From: Syncephalis fuscata S228
Lineage: Eukaryota; Fungi; Zoopagomycota
Direction of reading: 5' to 3'
Assembly (NCBI GenBank): GCA_025786725.1
Contig: JAHLTZ010000024.1
Location: forward strand, 1 to 64,000
DNA length: 64,000 nt
The notes beneath the pieces were generated by a model that saw nothing but the letters and a program-made list of their open reading frames with translations, was not told the origin of the DNA and made no database searches. Numbering within the stretch: position 1 is the first letter of the stretch; each line of letters starts with the position of its first letter. Position numbers and translations under genes: made by a program. Shown here piece after piece: positions 12,710 through 25,520 of the stretch.

Positions 12710-15700
12710 ATGGAACCGTTTTTCCGTCGCAAGCGTAACAAAGGAGGGAGTCAAAGTAGTATAACACCTCCGGTTACTGCTATATCGATATCAGCACCTA
12801 CTGCTTCTCCAACCGGTAGTAATAATGGTGAGTCAGGTAGCCAGATATCAGCTCCTCCTATGTCACCACCGCATCGATCAGGGTCTTGGGCTGATGCACG
12901 TGCATCCTCGTTATCGGCATCGTCTACTGTATCGAGTCGCATGTCAAATCATTCTGATGGATCGGTTAATCTAGGCAGTGAGCGTCCTAGTGAACAAGCA
13001 GTTCTTGATGAAATGCTCGAACAGATTATGGTAATATAGATGCATGCTTTATATGCTGTTGTTGTTACTTACGCGACAATTACATGTATCTAGGAATCTA
13101 TGGGGCTTGGTGAAGCACAAAGAAAGCAAATGCGAGATATGCCATTTCAAAACAAGTTAAAGCTTGTCCAGTCCAGTCAATTTAAACAGATTAGCGCGGT
13201 AAGCAGAAATTTATTTGGTTTAGCTGCTTATTGATGTTTAATTATATCTGTGTATCTGCATGTTTATATAATCGTATATTTATTATTAATAGGATAAGGC
13301 CAACCGTAATGGTAGTAAAGATCGTTCAACGCCTGAATATTACGTAAAAAAGATGGCCGAAACTGAAGTGAGAAATATTCCATTAAAGACATGGACTGCA
13401 TTGCGTGTTTCATTGACCACTCAACCTATTGCGTAAGTAAATAGCATTAACTAATGAAATATAACTAATGTATTTAATGATATTATCATTACCATTCTAT
13501 TAGATGGGTGCGTCAATTTATCGATCTACGTGGTACTCAACTTGTATGGGATGCGTTAGGTGTCATTAATAGTCGACAGCATCGGTAAGTAGTATTGGTT
13601 AATTAATCAAATAGACTTGTAATCAAAAATGGTACTAAATCGCTATTTATTAGACGTGAAAGTGATATCAATATAGAAATTGAAATTGTTAAATGTCTTA
13701 AATCATTACTTAATAATAAGGTAAGTAACAATATATTGCTAATAATATGGAATTAATAATTAATGACTAATGATTAATGTATTTGTTTATTTAGTGGGGT
13801 ACACGAGATGCACTTAATAACGAAGAATCAATCTACAATCTCGCCTTGTCTTTGGACAGTCCAAGCATTATTACGCGTCGACTAGTCTCAGAAGTGTTGA
13901 CGTTTATTTGTTACTGTGACATTCCACATGGACATGCGCTAGTAGTGCGTGCTATGGACAAATTACAATCAACACGACAAAGTAAACATCGCTTTGGGTC
14001 TTGGATATCTGTACTTGAACAGACTATTGAAGGCCGTGGCCGTATGGGCAGTATGGTCGGAGCCAGTGATGAATATCGTCGATTAGGATCAGATCGAGAA
14101 TTACTTGAATATGTGGTATGTAATTAATTCATATTATACTATATAGTACTATATATATATGTTGCTATTAATTAACCGTATTAAATGCTTTAATATACTA
14201 TATAGTTATCTAATATTATTCTAGTCAATGCCATTGTCGGTGTTTGTGACGAAGTTGATCTACGCCAACATTACCGCAACCAATTGAACACCTGTGGACT
14301 GGCCCGATTACTGCGCACAATTAAGGAATTTGCCAATGACTTGATTCTATTGCAGTTGAACAAATATCAACGCGAAGCCGAAGATGATCAGTCAGAATTA
14401 ATGGACTTTAACCACGCATTTTCTCTACCTGATATGAATAGTCCGGCTGAAGTTATTGAAACATTACTTAAATCAGTTGAAGGTACAAAAGCCCACGACT
14501 ATTTACTTTCTGCGTTGCAGCATTTATTGCTGTTACGTGATGATGACGACACACGTGTACAGTATTTCCATCTGATTGATCGTCTAATTACACAAATTGT
14601 ACTCGATCGTCGGGGAGTGAATGAAGAGTTCTCTACACATATGGCACTTCAGTAAAGTCGGTTATTGCCGGTTTTAATAATGAAGAAAGTTACAGCGAAT
14701 GCAGCGTGACTTTGTAACTGTTAAAAAGAAACTTGATCAAATTCAACGAAGAAATGCCGAATTAGAACAACAAGTCAAATTAGGCGCAGGTAAGATGGTG
14801 GAGATAGGCGTGAATACAATCCAATGTACTTACGACCATGTAATTAGATGGCATGGTTAGTCAGTTGCAGGAGCGTAATAAATCGTTAGAGGATTTGTTA
14901 CGTATGTCACGTACAACTGTCAAATCATTACAGGATCAAGTAACACAATTACGTACACAGTATCATGCCAAATTGTGTGAACAGGATAAACAGCTACAAC
15001 AGCTATATGAAGCATTGAAGCAAGAAGCAGAAGAGAATACACACCTAGTCAATGCTCGTGAAAGTCTAATTGTAGAAAATCGTTTAATGAAGCAAATGTT
15101 ATGGCCTGATAACGATAAGGCAGTTCCTGGTAAAACCAGTGTTAAAGGCGCGCCAGACATTACACATAATGCTTTATTAAAAGAGATCGAGAAATTGAAA
15201 CAAGATCGTGGCATGATATGGAATGAGGTAAGTAGATGGCTACATTTATCATGAATTATATAGCTAATTAATCACTTGTATTATTAGAGTAATCGACCAC
15301 GAATTACTAGTTCAAGTGTAGATACAGTTGCGATGCGCAACAAAAAGGCATTTATTGAAAATCTTCGACCAACAAGTGTATCGACTACATTCGGTAAAGA
15401 GAATATGGCTGGACCACAATCAGCCTCATCGCCTGTAGCATCACCGATAACATCGCCAGTTGGTATTAGTGGTGGCGGTTCACGACTGTCATCAGGCAGT
15501 TTAGATCGCCGTTCACGTAGAAAATTCAGTCTGGCCGGTACACCTTCCTTGGCTGGATCAATTGATAAGTTGGAGTCACTACAGGCAGTCATCACCGAGT
15601 TTGATAATAACAATTTGGACTCATCTACATATGCACCGGATGGCATTACTTCGCCGAATCGACGTGATAGCAGTGGTAGTATGAAGCCATTACCAGTACC

Positions 15701-18549
15701 GCCATCGAAACGACAAACCATTTCGTTTACAGATATTAAACAAACGCAAATGTCATCTTCTAAGCCATTGCGTGAAGCATTGATGGAATCAATTCGTAAA
15801 CAACGCAAGGAAGAGGATGAATCTGACGCTGATGGTATTGAAGAGGAGAAGGATGAATCGGCTATGGTATCCAGTCCAACTGATATGGCACCAAGCGATA
15901 CTAGCTTACCAGCAGATAAGCCAAGTGCAGCAAGTACTACATTTGCTGCCATTCCTCCACCTCCGCCCCCACCTCCACCTCCACCACCACCAGCGCCACC
16001 GCTACCTGGAGCGACGTCATCAGTAGCTGGATCACTTCAATCGGCTATTAATAATTTGAAATCGACGTCAGATGCTACAGCTGCCATTCCACCGCCACCT
16101 CCACCACCACCTCCACCACCACCACTTCCAGGTGCATCTGGACCGCCCCCTCCACCGCCGCCGCCCCTCCACCTCCGCCACCTGGATCATTGGCTCCGCC
16201 ACCGCCACCACCGCCACCAGGTCCAGTGGCTAATAACAGCGCTGGTGCACCAGTTGCACCTATTATATCATCAGCTGGTAAGATCTATGATACAGTCTTT
16301 ATTAACACTATTAATACATCATTTACAATGATCATAGCATCGGTACCTGTCAAAGAGTCCAAGTATATGGCGCGAGTCAAGCTTAAGCCGCTTCAATGGG
16401 ATAAATTGGCAGGCCATGCCTTTAAGGAGACCATTTGGGCTCGTGAAATAGAGCGACGCGAATTAGACGAGGCATTATTTGGCAAGGTATTTGGCGAAGA
16501 AGGCTTATTTGACCAGATAGAAGATATGTTTGGTGCAAGGATATTTGAACCTAAACCAAAACGTAAGTAATTAGACATTTAAGTTGATTATACGTGTATT
16601 AATACTTGTAATATTACTATAGAAAAACCAAAGACAGAAGAAGTCAAGCTAATATCTATATTAGACTCTAAACGCAGTCAGAATATCAGTAAGCTATTGT
16701 TATAATAGTTATAATTTATATCGTTAATCATTGGTATTAGATATTGTATTGAGTCGACTTAAACAATATTCAAACGATGAAATTAGAAAGGCCATTTTAT
16801 CAGTAGAACATGAAATGTTAACTGAGCCGCTTCTTCGTCAATTGGCTACATTTACCCCAACTGCTGAAGAGGTAATTAATATAAAATAGCCAATCTTACA
16901 TTATACTTATTACCCTTATTATTATAGCGTGTAGCACTTGCTAAATACACGGACGATCCAAGTGTGTTGGCACGGGCTGATACATTTATGATTGAGGTAA
17001 GTAATATATTAATGTTAGTAATACATTTAAATTAACCATCAATTTAGATTATGAAAATTGATCGATATGAACAACGATTACAAGCCATGAATTTCCGTAG
17101 AACATTTGAAGAGCGATTTATTGACATTGATAACGTAAGTACATAACATTATGATGATATTTAATAATATTAATAATATTATATACTATATATACTATAA
17201 TATAGGCGGTAGATTCAATTCAGCGTGCTTCAGCTGAATTAGAAAAGAGTCGAACATTCCCCAAAATACTTGAAGTCATTCTTATGATGGGTAATTACAT
17301 GAACGGTCAAGGATTCCGTGGAAATGCTCAAGCCATTAAAATCCACAGCATCAATCGAGTAAGTAAAAATGACTATTAATTACCAATAACACTAATGTCA
17401 TATCAATTATTAGTTGATCGACACAAAAGCAGAGGACGGTACCACAACACTACTTCACTTTTTGGCTACAACACTGGAAAAGAAGTTCCCCGATCTATTA
17501 TCATTTATTGATGAGCTTGCCTCTGTGGCCAGTGCACGTCAAGGTAAGTATAGCTGTAGAATGAACAAATTAAAACTGTTATATTTACGCATCATGGCTA
17601 TAGTAGCTTTACCGAGCTCAATCTTGAATACAACGAAATGAACGTTCGTATTACCGAACTCGTCCACCGAACTAGAGACACATTACGACAAAAATAAGAA
17701 CAGGTTGGCAGATGATGCCTTTGGTAGTATTATGAAGATATCCTTTTTAAATACTTGTATAGTATAATACTATTAAATAAGTAACCTTGACTATTATGTT
17801 TACGAGTTTAGCGAGATGGCCAAGGCACGGTTTGAAGCACTAGATCAACGCTACCAAGAGATGAAAGAGATCTACGAACGTGTTGTCGTACTTTATGGTG
17901 AAGATGCCAAGACTATGTCGCCGCATGAGTTCTTTACCATTTTCCATACATTCTTACTTTCATTTAAGGTACGAGTAGATTAAATAAGTGTATATATCTA
18001 TTAACATTGATAACAATAGCGTGTCCAACGTGACAACCAAGATAAATCGGAAAGAGATGAAAGAATGGAACGCCGCAAGAAGGCCGAGGAAGAACGAGCA
18101 CAAAAAATGGCTCAACGAGCCCAAGAAAAAGATGCAAAAGATGGTAAATACACGACTATAAAGTCTACACTATTAATATGAACACCAATACTAATTGCTG
18201 TTTACTAGATGCTGGAGACGACAAAGGTGTTATGGATTCATTGCTTGAATCATTGCGTAAAGGCACCGATTCTGAAGCATCTAAACGAAAGCGAACCCCT
18301 CGAGGCAATGCAGCCAATACTAAAGGCCAAGACATGCTACGAGTTGGTAATAATGATGCTGCATCTCGCCGTATCTCTGTATCAGTACGTACGCGCGAAC
18401 TACTTAAAGAAGTTAGTATGAGTGGATTTGATGATCCAGATGCGGCTGCTTCTGCCACTTCCATAAGAGGATCGGCCCGTCGACGCATGGAACGACGTAA
18501 AATATCTGGCAGTGGCAATGGCCTTCAAAATGATAATAATGACGATTAA
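12710..18549 (+). CDS. Diaphanous-related formin (GBD/FH3, coiled coil, FH1, FH2, DAD), Bni1/SepA-like
   Basis: LRVSLTTQPI.WVRQF, GRGRMGSMVGAS, polyproline FH1, KLKPLQWDKL, ILMMGNYMNG, DTKAEDGTTTLLHFL, DAD GVMDSLLESLR; several apparent single-base frameshifts. Confidence 0.95.
17738..17803 (+). other. U12-type (minor spliceosome) AT-AC intron in the formin FH2 region
   Basis: 5' end ATATCCTTT, branch-like AACCTTGAC, 3' end TTTAC. Removal gives DAFGSIMK|EFSEMAKARFEAL; the unspliced frame contains TAA. Confidence 0.88.
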
Positions 18550-18704
18550 GCCTGGTAGTACTGTACTTTGACTCCCACATCTGTCCCCAAAGCACAATTT
18601 GTTCCAATCAGAGTCATGCCATTGTGATGCACAACATAGTTATATTACTTTCTATTAAAATACTATTAATAAATTAATTTAAATAAATAATGTAACATAC
18701 CATT

Positions 18705-19065
18705 TAATTTTTGAAACATTGAGGTTAATCATTGTTGTTGTTGGCCATGTGTAGAAAGATTGATCGAATATTAATAGAAGTCATATGATTGCAATTCCAT
18801 ATCATTCATTAAACAGCCACTTCCTCTATAGCCAATCTGACTAAATAAATGGCATTGAACAATTAATATTATAAATGACAATAGATATATTAAAACAATA
18901 ATAAAGATAACTAACTAATTACATTATTGTACTGATAATCACACATGAATCAATTAATGTTAAATGCAATATTATACATGTTATAGTAATAAATAAGTGT
19001 TTAATTGTATTTAAAAGTGAAGGAATGAAATGGATAAATAGAAATGTGAAGTCAAAGTACAACAA
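18705..19065. repeat. Dispersed repeat fragment; inverted homolog at ~53045-53560
   Basis: GGCCATGTGTAGAAAGATTGATCGAATATTAATAGAAGT and TATAGCCAATCTGACTAAATAAATG match the reverse complement of the 53.05-53.56 kb region. Confidence 0.8.
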
Positions 19066-19230
19066 CTCCAATCTAATTAGTATTAATAATAATAGTTAAA
19101 GCCATTGATGTATCTTTCTCTTTACCTTTTGTTTTATTGTGAGTGTGTTTTGTTGTTACGGTGACGGACATACTACACGTTCCATGATTAACATATTTAA
19201 ATACTATTATTAAGTACTAGTATTATTACA

Positions 19231-20348
19231 ATGTTCCAGACACCAATGAGACGTCCGGGAAGCACTGCGGTCACTGCCCCTCGAATAGTTGAGGAGGCAC
19301 CGCTACGCACAATAGAAATCAACGGCTGGAAGATAACAACGTGTAAACAGCCTATACTTAATTCCGAAGAAATTCAACAGTACGACACCTATACTAACTA
19401 ACTAACTAACTAACTAACTGGAATGACTTTAGAGCCGAGACAGAGCTCGACATTCCTATGCCGGAAATGATATTTGGTCATAACTATTTGGCTATTGAAC
19501 ATGCTGAAAGTGGATTCCATTTTACCTTTCGTGCATTAGACGCCCTACGTCGCGTCAATAAAGGTAAAGATGCCGCAACAAGTGTTCAAGTAGCCTATGC
19601 CGATGACTGGAGCAAAGCACAGTAAGTGAATAAACTAGTAGACAATAGCAGTATTTATAAGGGTCAACCACAGTAGCGAAACAGACGAGGAAGTACAATT
19701 GATTAAGCCCTATGACTGGACCTACTCGACCGATTATGACGGTACACTTTTATCTGATTCACTTCAAGTATGGCTGTATTAGTAATGGTGTAATATATTA
19801 ATATTGTTGTATAGTTTGTACCAACTACAACACATTATATTGATTATGAGCGATTAAAACAACGTGAACATATTCATTTCTTTGATCAAGTTATTTTATT
19901 TGAGGATGAATTGGCTGACAATGGCACCGCCTTGCTTGACGTTAAAGTGGTAAGTAATAACTATGCCACTGGTTCAACGTATTAGTAGTATATATGTATT
20001 ATGACTAACGATCAACAATAGCGTGTTATGCCGTCTGGATTCTTTATTTTACAACGATTCTTTATGCGTGTTGATGGCGTTTTACTTCGTATGAATGAGA
20101 CACGTGTCTATCATTCATTTGAGATACAGTTATACTACGTGAATATACTGTACGCGAGGATCGGTATGCTACCGTTGTAACGGTAAGTATTTAATCAAAT
20201 GATTTCTATAACTTATCAATTTTATTAGAAAATACCCCAATGGAAAGATCCCAGTGCGTTAACCGATGCCGATTGGGTCTCAACCGTATTGCCATCACCT
20301 TTGAGCCAAAGAATTGAAGTGGCAACACTGTCATCATTATCATCGTAA
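19231..20348 (+). CDS. TIP41: TIP41/TIPRL, regulator of PP2A-family phosphatases
   Basis: [68 protein letters not shown]. Confidence 0.93.
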
Positions 20349-20707
20349 TTTATATGCATATTTATGCATAATAGCACCTTCTTTTGTGTAGATATATGCA
20401 TACAGATCTATATATATTTACAAGTGTGTATGTATGTATGTGTGTGTGTGTGTGTCGATTTCATATAAATTATTATTGCCATGATGGTTATTGTCGGTTT
20501 TCTCTTTCTTTTTACGTCCGGCTATTGTTTTTTGGATATTATCACACACCGATCTTGCTGAACTACTACTGAGATCACCGTAGTAGTTGCAGTAGTTGTA
20601 ATAGTAGCCGTGAGTAGCTTTCTTTTTCGCTTTTAATCGTATTGCCGGCAAATCGACAACCAGTATCTATTCTACATTGCTTTTAGTAGTATTGGCACTT
20701 GATCATC

Positions 20708-22366
20708 ATGAGTTCTCAGGCCGAAGCCAGCTCCACCGACAAGAATGTCGAGATGTGGAAGATTAAGCGGCTCATCAAGAGCTTGCAAGCTGCACGCGGG
20801 TAAGTTTTGCTGTTGTCGATGACAGTGACAGCTGTTATACTAGTATATGGCACTGGTACTTACTAGCGATCTATAGTGCGGGAACATCCATGATCTCGCT
20901 CATCATTCCACCTAAAGATCAGATTAACCGCATTACGCGTATGTTGGCCGATGAATACGGTACTGCATCTAATATCAAGAGTCGTGTCAATCGTCTATCG
21001 GTACTTTCGGCGATTACGTCTACACAACAACGATTAAAGCTATACACTAAAGGTAATTACAATATGTGTATTTTGTGATTTGTCTGTATATGCTAACACT
21101 ATTTATTACAAGTGCCACCTAATGGTCTTGTCGTCTATTGTGGTACTATTATTACCGAAGAAGGCAAAGAGAAGAAAGTTAACATTTCGTTTGAGCCATT
21201 CCGTCCCATCAATACGTCGTTGTATCTGTGTGATAACAAATTCCACACTGAAGCACTTCAAGAATTGCTTGAATCAGATTCACGCTTTGGCTTCATTGTC
21301 ATGGATGGTAACGGCACACTATTTGGCACATTAAGCGGTAATACGCGTGAAATATTGCACAAATTGAGTGTAGAATTGCCCAAGAAGCACGGTAAGTTAG
21401 CGAAATATACATTGATATCGTTAGTTAATATTTAATAGGTCGTGGTGGTCAGTCTGCGTTGCGTTTTGCGCGTTTGCGCGAAGAAAGTCGACACAATTAG
21501 TGCGTAAAGTGGCTGAAATTGCCGTTCAATGCTTTATCACTCAGGATAAGGTTAATGTCACTGGTCTCATTTTGGCTGGTTCGGCAGATTTCAAATCAGT
21601 ACTCAGCACGTCTGATGTGTTTGACGGCCGACTACAAGCCAAAGTACTGAAACTGGTCGATGTCTCGTATGGTGGCGAGAACGGATTCAACCAGGTAAGC
21701 ATTGTATAAATGTGCTATAATTGTTCTTGATTAATAAATTAAAATGTATATTAGGCCATTGAACTTAGTGGTGAAGTATTATCGAATGTTAAGTTTGTAC
21801 AAGAAAAGAAATTGATCCAACAGTACTTTGATGAAATCTCATTGGATACTGGCAAATACTGCTTCGGTATCGATGATACGCTTAAGGTCGGTGCGAATAA
21901 TGGTATATTGTAGAGCAGAAGGAGCTAATATATAATAATTAGGCGCTTGACTTGGGTGCAGTTCATACGTTGATTATTTTTGAAAATTTGGATATGACAC
22001 GTATTGTAGTGAAGAATCAGACCGGTGGTAAGTAACAAAACAAATTAGATAAACTGGATTAAAAGCAATATTAACACGTTAATTGTAATAGAGGAAACGA
22101 TTATGCATTTGACACCTGAACAAGAAAAAGATCGCAGTCTTTTTATGGATCCAAGCACGGGACAAGAAATGGAAGTGGTTGATAAAATGCAATTGCTTGA
22201 ATGGTTCACTGAGCATTACAAGGAGTTTGGTGCAGAACTTGAGTTTGTCACTAACCGATCGCAGGAAGGTGCGCAATTTGTAAAAGGATTTGGCGGTATT
22301 GGCGGTCTTCTACGCTACAAAGTGAATTTTGAGCAAATGGAATACGATTCAGATGATTTTTTCTAA
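20708..22366 (+). CDS. SUP45: Eukaryotic peptide chain release factor 1
   Basis: [51 protein letters not shown]; apparent 1-nt deletion at ~21499. Confidence 0.96.
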
Positions 22367-22577
22367 AAATATTAAATAAATGAACGAATGAACGAACGAA
22401 TAGTATGATGTTTTAATAATACAATTAAGTAATTGTAATAATAAGATTTTAAAAGTCCATTAATGTTATTAATGTATTAGTTTGAACTAGATAATAATAA
22501 AGTATTAATGATATTTGCAAAATAGTCGTATTATTACATAGAGTATTTAATAGTGCCAATAATAGCCAAATCTAACA

Positions 22578-24336
22578 TAAGTATTTGTAATATGATAACC
22601 ATATAATACAATTTAGGTAGCTGAATGACATGCAAAAGCTACTGAATATTGTATTGCATTGCTATAATAATAGTGCTATCTATTTAAAGTATGCTAAATA
22701 GTAAATTGTTTATAAAAAGTGGCCGTATTGCTAATACCTGTAATCAAGACAGATATGGTATGATGACAGGAATCAACATTGCGATATAAACAGCACACTA
22801 AGCAGTCAATATATATATACATAACATTCAAAATACACGAAAGTAGCGCCAGTGGCAATGTCCATTAGCGAATACAAGCATGGTAGCTGCTGTTCGCTAT
22901 AGCTGTAGAGTTGTCGGCAGCATTAGCTTATATATGTGGCAATCAATGCCGATACATGTCAGTAAGATGCAGATATTTAAGCAATATACAGCAATATACA
23001 GTTGTTGATGCGTATGTTAGTGCGCACTTGGCACCAACGACTAACACTATTACTATAGCTATGCAATAGCTAGCAGTATCGTTGCTGTTGATTGTAGTCA
23101 AGATACGTGCAGTGTTGTAATGTATGGTGGTGTGCTACCAATGCTAGTAATAAGTTGTTTATGACATTAGCAACACTAGTGGGCAGCATAAACAAGTGAT
23201 GGTTAACTAATTGGTACACTTTTGATTTGTGTGTTTTTGAGCATTTTTGGCAAATCCGGTAATGGTCCCCCGTTACAGCTTTTTCAATAAATCGGGTATT
23301 TTTCACCAGTGTCTAACTCCACCAATAATGCAGCTGGCAATGTGTAATAACATCCGCTATGACTGCATAGGCTTGGAGCATTGACACATAGACATTACGC
23401 AGATTTGAAGCATTTGGGAATGTGCTAGAAACTAGAATGTAATTTAAATGTTATTTGTTATAATATTCTATTTATATCGCTAGACATTCCCAAATGCTTC
23501 AAATCTGCGTAATGTCTATGTGTCAATGCTCCAAGCCTATGCAGTCATAGCGGATGTTATTACACATTGCCAGCTGCATTATTGGTGGAGTTAGACACTG
23601 GTGAAAAATACCCGATTTATTGAAAAAGCTGTAACGGGGGACCATTACCAGATTTGCCAAAAATGCTCAAAAACACACAAATCGAAAAGTGTACCAATTA
23701 GTTAGCCATCACTTGTTTATGTTGCCCAGCTAGTGTTGCTAATGTCATAAACAACTTATTACTAGCATTGGTAGCACACCACCATACATTACAACACTGC
23801 ACGTATCTTGACTACAATCAACAGCAACGATACTGCTAGCTATTGCATAGCTATAGTAATAGTGTCAGTCGTTGGTGCCAAGTGCGCACTAACATACGCA
23901 TCAACAACTGTATATTGCTGTATATTGCTTAAATATCTGCATCTTACTGACATGTATCGGCATTGATTGCCACATATATAAGCTAATGCTGCCGACAACT
24001 CTACAGCTATAGCGAACAGCAGCTACCATGCTTGTATTCGCTAATGGACATTGCCACTGGCGCTACTTTCGTGTATTGTTGAATGTGTATGTATATATAT
24101 ATATTGACTGCTTAGTGTGCTGTTTATATCGCAATGTTGATTCCTGTCATCATACCATATCTGTCTTGATTACAGGTATTAGCAATACGGCCACTTTTTT
24201 ATAAACAATTTACTATTTAGCATACTTTAAATAGATAGCACTATTACCATAGTAATGCAATACAATATTCAGTAGCTTTTGCATGTCATTCAGCTACCTA
24301 AATTGTAGCATATGGTTATCATATTACAAACACTTA
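22578..24336. repeat. ~1.75-kb palindrome (B-core-B'), arms with scattered mismatches
   Basis: TAAGTATTTGTAATATGATAACC at 22578 pairs with GGTTATCATATTACAAACACTTA ending ~24336; centre ~23455. Confidence 0.95.
23205..23703. repeat. Palindromic core copy 2 (51-nt loop 23429-23479)
   Basis: Same arms as core 1; loop in the opposite orientation to core 1. Confidence 0.95.
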
Positions 24337-24489
24337 CATTCTATATAGCTACACCCGCGCTAACCATGTCAATAGCAATATCAATGCTTTATTTGATTAT
24401 ATTATTTGTGTTAAGTCTATTGCACTAATATTAAGCAGTTTATTAAAAATGCTATTATTTAAGAGCCAAATGACTGAAATTAACAGCAT

Positions 24490-25520
24490 TCATGTAAATA
24501 AACTACATATTTGTTCTATTGAAGATGGTCGGATGGTGCTAAATGTTAATGATCAAATCGTTTAATTATATTGCAATTTGGTGGTCAAATGACTACATTT
24601 AAACTAACATTTATTGTATTAAACATGAAACTGAGCAGTCAATGGCATTTGTGACTAAAATACGCATTATTGTATATTTATTATCCAGTATGTATATATC
24701 CTTTATTTACCTATATCATTCTATCACTAGAAATCTACCAATGCATAGCCAGCACTACCGTCATGCTGACAACTTTGCACATACAACAGTAGCAATACAC
24801 AATGACTGTGATGACTATAGGTTACCAAGATCATTACATACTCTTTTTTTTGCTAATCGCCACTGCAGATTGTACTAACAACAGTTTTTGCAATCTCGAC
24901 AGTAGCAGATCGTACAATCATTGCTGGGATTGCAGAGTTATTGCCAGACGAGTTATAATTGCGATCAATAGTATAAGCAAAACATACAACGATGTTTCAC
25001 AGTATATATGCAGCATAGCATAAAACAAGCCAGAAATGCACTTACCGTGTCAATAAAGCTGCCAATACCAATGATCGGAGTAATGAAGGTCAGATTATAA
25101 AAAAGTAATGCAAGTACATAGTGTAGAAGGTGTTTGTACTTGACTATTAGTCAATCAAATACTGGTACTATCTATATATCATATATGGAGTGTACAAGTA
25201 TATGCAATGGATGTATACTATCAAGTGTGAAGAAAAAGAAAGAAAATGTAGTGACGTAGATTGTGAGATGTGAATTCTGTCAGCCAATATTTATAAAGAC
25301 GTGAGCTTAATTTATTAATAAATGGAGTGTGAAATAATAAAAGTCAATCTACCCAACATGTTGGTACATCATAGAACAGATTAACAGTAAATGAATAAAC
25401 GCATTAAAAATAAAAGTCATTTGACCTTTAAATTACAATATAATTCAATAGTTTGGCCATTATTAAAATTCACCACTTAGTTCCATATCCAATAGAACAA
25501 ATTTGTAGTTTAATTGCACA
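24490..25520. mobile_element. Degenerate MITE/foldback-like element with imperfect TIRs (mirror copy ~39590-40620)
   Basis: AAACTACATATTTGTTCTATTGAAGATGG vs CCATATCCAATAGAACAAATTTGTAGTTT; GGTCAAATGACT at ~24583 vs AGTCATTTGACC at ~25415. Confidence 0.55.

Noticed and set aside
20890-21260. Altered stop-codon specificity of eRF1 or a variant genetic code
   Set aside because: The GTS, TASNIKS and YLCDNKF motifs are canonical, and genes in the window end in TAA, TAG and TGA
23070-23420. Core arm reading frame with CQKC and FPNA...HCQLH as a zinc-finger or transposase fragment
   Set aside because: It is interrupted by TAG, the spacing does not match known motifs, and it is too short to support
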